A DNA stretch of 27,203 nt from a virus (Duplodnaviria; Caudoviricetes). Location of the stretch: positions 1 through 27,203 of the IMG/VR virus record IMGVR_UViG_3300031851_005311; one strand, 5' to 3'. Each line of letters begins with the position of its first letter. Within the stretch, counting starts at the first letter, position 1. The translations under genes and the position numbers were made by a program. The notes under the pieces are model-generated. The model was not told where the DNA came from. It did not search any database and saw nothing but the letters and a program-made list of their open reading frames with translations. Below, piece by piece: positions 22,116 to 27,203 of the stretch.

Positions 22116-24236
22116 ATGGCGGATCAAGGCAAAAATGAAGCAGCAAAGAGTTTACTCGATTTGCAACCTACTACTGTTTTAGAGTTGTATAAGTTACACG
22201 CTGATTTCCAAAATAGGCCAGAGATATTCTTCACTTTTCATGGTGGTTCTAATTTTTCCAATAATATAACTTGGCAAGGCATTCAATATCTCCCCCTTCC
22301 TGTTGAGGCGGAGGGTTTTGGGGTTTTTGCCAATGGAACATTGCCACGACCAAAGATTAGAGTTGGAAACCATAATAAAATAGTTACTGTTTTTCTTGAG
22401 AAATTTTCTGATTTTAAAAACGCAGCAGTTTTCAGGAAAAAAGTTTTTTTAAAGCATCTGGACGATGTTAATTTTGATGGGGGTAACCCATTTGGAATAG
22501 CTAACCCTTCCGCTGAAATCTCGGAAGAGAAGTATTTCATTGGTCAAAAGACAATAGAAAACTCTAACTATGTAGAGTTCGAACTTAACTCACCTCTTGA
22601 CTTAGATAATTTTAAGGTGAATGAGAGAACGGTGAGTGCTAAATATTGCCATTGGCAATATCGAGGTTTAGGTTGTCAATATGCAGGTAAACCCATTGAG
22701 AAGGCGAATGGCTTATCCTTTACAAACACGAATGATGAAGTTGTCCCAGTGAGCGCCAATGATGAATTTGCATCAGAAAATCTGATTTATTCCGTTAGTG
22801 AACCTTATACTGCTGGTGATGTTGTTTTTATAGAAAATAGAAAAATAATTGTTAGCAGGGGTGATCAAAATGATTCCCCCGTTTTTCATAAAACCTATTA
22901 TGTTTGTGTAAGTGATAATGACTCTAGCAACCCGCAGCGTCCAGAAGACAATGAATCATTTTGGCAAAAAGATGGATGCACTAAAAAAATAGGAGCTTGT
23001 CAAAAAAGATTTGCTGCAAATTCTTCTTTTTTAAGAAGAGTTTTCTTGGGGGATGGAGGCGAAAAGTCTTTTAAGTATATCCACAATAACACTGACAATC
23101 CTTTATCCTTCTTAACAGAAAACAGTAAGATCGCTGGGAATAGTAGTAGCCCTTTAAGTTATGAAGAGGGAGGAGGGATGTTCACAATCCTTTATACTTT
23201 GAGAAAAAATGATTTTTCTAGTATCGAAAATATTGACTCTGCTGATCAAAAAACAGTTGATGAAACTATTTTTGCCACTACAAAATTAACGAGAGATACT
23301 GATAATTTTACTGTTGAAACAGCTGCCCCCCAAGGTTTTAGTATGGCTTATACTAAACTAAATAACCCGGCCTCAAGGAATATGAATGCACGGCAGGATA
23401 GATTAAACTTTCTTCATGAAGGCTTTTTGGGGGAGAAGGATAATAACGGTATACCTCAGACTCTTACTGCGGGTAAGTTTCAACGTCGAGGCACAAATAA
23501 TGGTCTTTTAAAGGACTCTTTTAATACTCAAATAATAGGTGTTAATACCAATGGTCGGAAAAGATTAACAACTTTACTTAATATGGCTGTAAATGTAGAC
23601 GGTGAATTAAAAAGTCTAATGGGTAACCCGGGAAATGCTGGTTATGGACCTCTCTACCATTATCAAGGTGAGCAAACCACAGCAAATGCTGATTTCTTTA
23701 GTGTATTTGGTGATTCTGAAACAATTGTGGCAGACAATAACGCAGCACCCAATAAACAAGTATCTTCTTTTCAGGGTGATATTGCACAAGTTTGTATTTG
23801 GAACAGGAAACTAACTAACGAGGAAAGAACTTTATTAGTTAATACTAATTTAATTTCTACCCAAGAGAACACCGTGAATGATAATGGAAATCAAATCCTA
23901 GCTTCAAACTTCAATAAGGGTATAGGAATGCCGATTAATTATGCTGAATGTACGGGGGAACTAGCTTCATTGACGGGCGATGGACTTGTTGCTTGGTATG
24001 ATATGGAGACGGGGTTTTTGGATTCCGGGGAAACTGTAACTGGTCTTTTAGATGAGCATACAGGCGAGATACATCTTAGTGGTTATGGAGGAAATGGGTT
24101 TGGACAGAGAGAAGTTACTTATAACTCAGCAAAATTCAGCGCTAACGTCCCAAATCAGACTAAAGCGTTTACCTTGCCATTCGGTGGGTTTCCGGGGACA
24201 GATGGTTATAATTATCAATCAAGAGGAACTTCCTAA
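22116..24236 (+). CDS. L: lambda gpL-like tail tip protein with inserted LamG/concanavalin-like domain
   Basis: ITWQGIQYLPLPVEAEGF...PRPKIRVGN...HLDDVNF...VEFELNSPLD, CHWQYRGLGCQY, GCTKKIGACQKRF, terminal LPFGGFPG. Confidence 0.9.
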   Translation: MADQGKNEAAKSLLDLQPTTVLELYKLHADFQNRPEIFFTFHGGSNFSNNITWQGIQYLPLPVEAEGFGVFANGTLPRPKIRVGNHNKIVTVFLEKFSDFKNAAVFRKKVFLKHLDDVNFDGGNPFGIANPSAEISEEKYFIGQKTIENSNYVEFELNSPLDLDNFKVNERTVSAKYCHWQYRGLGCQYAGKPIEKANGLSFTNTNDEVVPVSANDEFASENLIYSVSEPYTAGDVVFIENRKIIVSRGDQNDSPVFHKTYYVCVSDNDSSNPQRPEDNESFWQKDGCTKKIGACQKRFAANSSFLRRVFLGDGGEKSFKYIHNNTDNPLSFLTENSKIAGNSSSPLSYEEGGGMFTILYTLRKNDFSSIENIDSADQKTVDETIFATTKLTRDTDNFTVETAAPQGFSMAYTKLNNPASRNMNARQDRLNFLHEGFLGEKDNNGIPQTLTAGKFQRRGTNNGLLKDSFNTQIIGVNTNGRKRLTTLLNMAVNVDGELKSLMGNPGNAGYGPLYHYQGEQTTANADFFSVFGDSETIVADNNAAPNKQVSSFQGDIAQVCIWNRKLTNEERTLLVNTNLISTQENTVNDNGNQILASNFNKGIGMPINYAECTGELASLTGDGLVAWYDMETGFLDSGETVTGLLDEHTGEIHLSGYGGNGFGQREVTYNSAKFSANVPNQTKAFTLPFGGFPGTDGYNYQSRGTS

Positions 24237-24622
24237 TGAACGAAAAACAAGCAATAAGTAAAGTAATTCAAATTTGTGAATCCAATAAATATGTGGAAGT
24301 TTGCGGTTTTTTAGGCTTAAAGAAAGATTCTAATGAATTTTTAGTAGAGCAACAAGAGAATATTTCAGAAGACCCTGCTAATTTTTTTCTTATTAACCCC
24401 ATCAATTATCTTCTGTTTAAAGATAAAGTAGACAATTTAATTGTTTTTCATAGCCATATCGATGGGGATGAGAAGCCTTCGGAGTTTGATTTGAAGGTCG
24501 CAGATAATTGTTGTGACCCCTTCTTGATTTATAGTTTATTAAGCAAAAAAATACATATTCATACACCACAAAATTCAGAAATAGATGTAAGTATAATAGA
24601 AAGGTTAAAGGAGGCTGTATGA
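24236..24622 (+). CDS. K: lambda gpK-like JAB/MPN metallopeptidase (no NlpC/P60 domain)
   Basis: EVCG and JAMM motif FHSHIDGDEKPSEFD; lies between L and I. Confidence 0.85.
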   Translation: MNEKQAISKVIQICESNKYVEVCGFLGLKKDSNEFLVEQQENISEDPANFFLINPINYLLFKDKVDNLIVFHSHIDGDEKPSEFDLKVADNCCDPFLIYSLLSKKIHIHTPQNSEIDVSIIERLKEAV

Positions 24623-25209
24623 CTACAATTAAAATACATGGAATTCTAGCAAAAGAGTATGGTGAATCCTTCTCAATGGAGCTGTCCAGACCCAGAGATG
24701 TTGTCCGAGCTATCGATGCAAATAGAGATGGCTTCAGAAAAAGAATGATTGACCTCCAAAAATCTGGTTTAAGTTATGATATTTTAGTTGATAGGAAAAG
24801 AATGGATGCACAAGAGTTTCTGTCCACTAAAAACCCAAATGAAATAGATATTGTGCCTTTAATTGCTGGTTATGGACCTGTCGGGATGTTTGTGGCTTCT
24901 TTAGTTGTATCTATAGCATCAGCCCTTATACAATACGCTTTAATGGACCCGGGTACTATTGAGGGCGGGGAATCTACAGTGAGTGGAGGGGCCGAATCTT
25001 TAATATTTCAAGGAGGCGCGGCGAACGTAGCATCACAAGGTGACCCTTTACCCATTGGTTACGGTAGGTTAATGGTAGGTTCAAATATTATCCAAAGCAC
25101 TATTAAGTCTGTGCCGCAGTCGATATCAACTGTTAATTTGATGACCGAAAACCCCTACGACGACTCCGTTGGCGTTGCCGACATAAGACGAGCTTTTATT
25201 CAAGAATAA
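24619..25209 (+). CDS. I: lambda gpI-like tail assembly protein
   Basis: TIKIHGILAKEYG...IDIVPLIAGYG beta-grasp part, hydrophobic middle, QGDPLPIGYGRLMVGSNII; SD AAGGAGG upstream. Confidence 0.88.
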   Translation: MTTIKIHGILAKEYGESFSMELSRPRDVVRAIDANRDGFRKRMIDLQKSGLSYDILVDRKRMDAQEFLSTKNPNEIDIVPLIAGYGPVGMFVASLVVSIASALIQYALMDPGTIEGGESTVSGGAESLIFQGGAANVASQGDPLPIGYGRLMVGSNIIQSTIKSVPQSISTVNLMTENPYDDSVGVADIRRAFIQE

Positions 25210-27203
25210 TGAAGCATTTACTTAAAAAAATATCCTCACGAGGAGGTGGCAGCAAAAAACCTAAAGTAACACCCGGAGTTCTAAATCCTCCTTCAATTGG
25301 AGATTTTGAATTTGGAGCTTCTTTTAGTGTCGCTGAAAATATTGATTTAATTTCCGATGGGCCAATTGAAGGTCTGGTTGATCCAGAGGGGAACAAGTTA
25401 TCTAGAAATCAAATTTCTAGAGGTGTGTATTTAGACGATACTGCTGTTTCAGTGGCAAATAAAGACTTTGATCCTAACGCTCCAATTTCATCTTCTTTTA
25501 CCATAAACATTGAAGAATTAGACTTTGCCGAGCGATTTAAGGGTAACGTACGTAATGGCTGGACTCACTTTACCATAAGATATATGGGTGGTACATGGCC
25601 TTTAGGTAATGCAGGTAATGCTATCCCAATGATTCATGGATTTAGAAATGACTCATTTCAGGATTGGAGAACTTTAGATGGTAAGACTTATGAAAATATG
25701 AGATCGACAGATAAGGTGCTTGACAAAGATTCTTATGGGGATGGTATAATGTTAGGGCCAGAGAATGGAAACACTAAGTCTTGGTTTAACATCGAGGGGA
25801 GTGATCATAACTATGGCTACGTTCAGCTTAATTGCCGAAAACAAGAAGGGGCTACATATGTTGCTGGAAATCCTTCGACAATACGCACGGGAACCAACAA
25901 AGCCTTTTCAAAATCAACTTTAATTTATTTTACGGGAGCGAGTGATGTTAGCTCACGAACATTTTTGAATAGCCGTCGCAATATAGAGAACTTAGAGTTC
26001 TTCTTTAATGAGAGAGCAAAAGAAGAGTCGATTACTTCTGAAGGGGCAATGACTCCTTTTATTGATTTGTTAAACGAATTAAAAAGTTTGGTAGACGTTG
26101 ATGGAACTATAAAGAATCAAACATATTACGATTTAATAGAAACTACATTAACCAATGCGTTAGGCGATCATGACTGGCGAAACGTCCCTTCTGGGGAGCT
26201 TGAAAAGTTAGTATTTCCGGGTATTTCTGATGGTCATATACTCATGTATTATCCTGACAGAGATATCTTGGACCAAAATGGACACACAGGTAAAGTAATA
26301 ACTAATACAGAAAATTTACAGTTTGAATTCACTAGTAATGGAAGCGTTGTTGCTATTGATAAAGCTAGCTTGAGATTTCTTAATGTATTAGTCCCAGTAA
26401 TAAATGAAAACAACGAATTAACTGGGGATGTTATAGGGGCTATTTTTATAATGTCACTACAACATGTCGCTTCTTTTACAGCAGCTAACGGGGCGATTTA
26501 CCGGGGTTCCAAATTCCCTTTCGCTATTAGAGAAGCGTTAGGAAGAATAACAACACTTTCTTTAACACATAAATATGAAAGTAATCTAAAATACAATTAT
26601 TCAAATGTTCTTATTGAACAAAAACTGGGTGAAGAATCTCAAGGCCCATTAAATTTTTTCAATAAAATCTCTATTGATCAAAACTATAACAGGGTTCTAT
26701 ATGGGCCATATAGAAATTTTGGTGAGGTTCAACGAGTTAGACTTAGTAGCGGGGACACTAAACTAAGTTTTCGACAAAACACTGCTAATTTAGGTTTAAT
26801 GAATGACGATGGACTTGGACTTAGTCTTAGAGGAGGTGGTGAGGAAGCGGCAGAGTTGGCGGAGGGTGAAAAATACCCGGAAGGAAGTAATGACGCTTAC
26901 CGACGAAGCGCACAAGGTAGAGCATCTTTTTCTGATTGGGCTGCAAAAAATGTTAGTAATTTTAACGATGAAGAGGCTGTTTCTGTCACTCACATAGTTC
27001 ACAACCCAAATGTTGCACAAGCATCAATTACTTTGAGAATTAATAGTTTATACGATTCTTTAGAAAAAGAACTCAACACCAGTGCAAGTGGTCCAGATGC
27101 TTTTAAACCGGGGGATAAAATACCAGCAATTGTAAATATTGCAGTCGAAGTCGGACTGTTAGAAAGAGATGGTAATGAGAAGCCTTATATTTCAAAAATA
27201 TAC
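25209..27203 (+). CDS. J: lambda gpJ-like tail tip/host specificity protein (3' truncated; not in ORF track)
   Basis: ATG 25209 (TAATG overlap): MKHLLKKISSRGGGSKKPK...IDLISDGPIEGLVD...GVYLDDTAV...YNYSNVLIEQKLGEESQ...VTHIVHNPNV; the frame reads open where spot-checked and at the window end. Confidence 0.88.
   Translation, partial: MKHLLKKISSRGGGSKKPKVTPGVLNPPSIGDFEFGASFSVAENIDLISDGPIEGLVDPEGNKLSRNQISRGVYLDDTAVSVANKDFDPNAPISSSFTINIEELDFAERFKGNVRNGWTHFTIRYMGGTWPLGNAGNAIPMIHGFRNDSFQDWRTLDGKTYENMRSTDKVLDKDSYGDGIMLGPENGNTKSWFNIEGSDHNYGYVQLNCRKQEGATYVAGNPSTIRTGTNKAFSKSTLIYFTGASDVSSRTFLNSRRNIENLEFFFNERAKEESITSEGAMTPFIDLLNELKSLVDVDGTIKNQTYYDLIETTLTNALGDHDWRNVPSGELEKLVFPGISDGHILMYYPDRDILDQNGHTGKVITNTENLQFEFTSNGSVVAIDKASLRFLNVLVPVINENNELTGDVIGAIFIMSLQHVASFTAANGAIYRGSKFPFAIREALGRITTLSLTHKYESNLKYNYSNVLIEQKLGEESQGPLNFFNKISIDQNYNRVLYGPYRNFGEVQRVRLSSGDTKLSFRQNTANLGLMNDDGLGLSLRGGGEEAAELAEGEKYPEGSNDAYRRSAQGRASFSDWAAKNVSNFNDEEAVSVTHIVHNPNVAQASITLRINSLYDSLEKELNTSASGPDAFKPGDKIPAIVNIAVEVGLLERDGNEKPYISKIY

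Noticed and set aside
24592-24597. TATAAT upstream of gpI
   Set aside because: Within gpK coding sequence with no properly spaced -35; likely chance in AT-rich DNA.
26796-27020. Short ORFs listed in the last 2 kb, making the region look non-coding
   Set aside because: They are shadows within the gpJ frame, which the track omits because it has no stop in the window.
1-27203. Stop-codon reassignment as seen in some large phages
   Set aside because: Genes are full length in the standard code and TAA, TAG and TGA all end genes at sensible positions.

Overview
AT-rich, densely packed segment of a large tailed dsDNA phage (or prophage) genome, read in the standard genetic code. From left to right it holds: the end of a GDP-mannose 4,6-dehydratase; a bacterial-type replication/recombination block (RecA, Vsr-like nuclease, DnaB, DnaG-like primase, Cas4/RecB-like nuclease, and a DNA polymerase III alpha split into a PHP gene and a polymerase gene with a DnaQ gene in between); a ClpA/ClpC-type ATPase; a separately transcribed Hfq/Sm-like small gene; a kinase-like protein; a Whirly-like ssDNA-binding protein; two glycosyltransferase genes that appear to share one split GT9; a Rad52-superfamily annealase; a GNAT; a membrane/lysis-like region containing a three-gene cassette that ends in a PEP-CTERM surface protein and an overlapping lipoprotein (spanin-like) pair; and a lambda-like tail tip module L-K-I-J with large insertions, J running off the end. 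Two promoter-like classes recur, sigma70-like sites and a GTGTAA motif, and most copies of both lie only a few bases upstream of start codons. All protein assignments come from motif recognition by eye; no database searches were run. I saw no tRNA, rRNA or CRISPR array.
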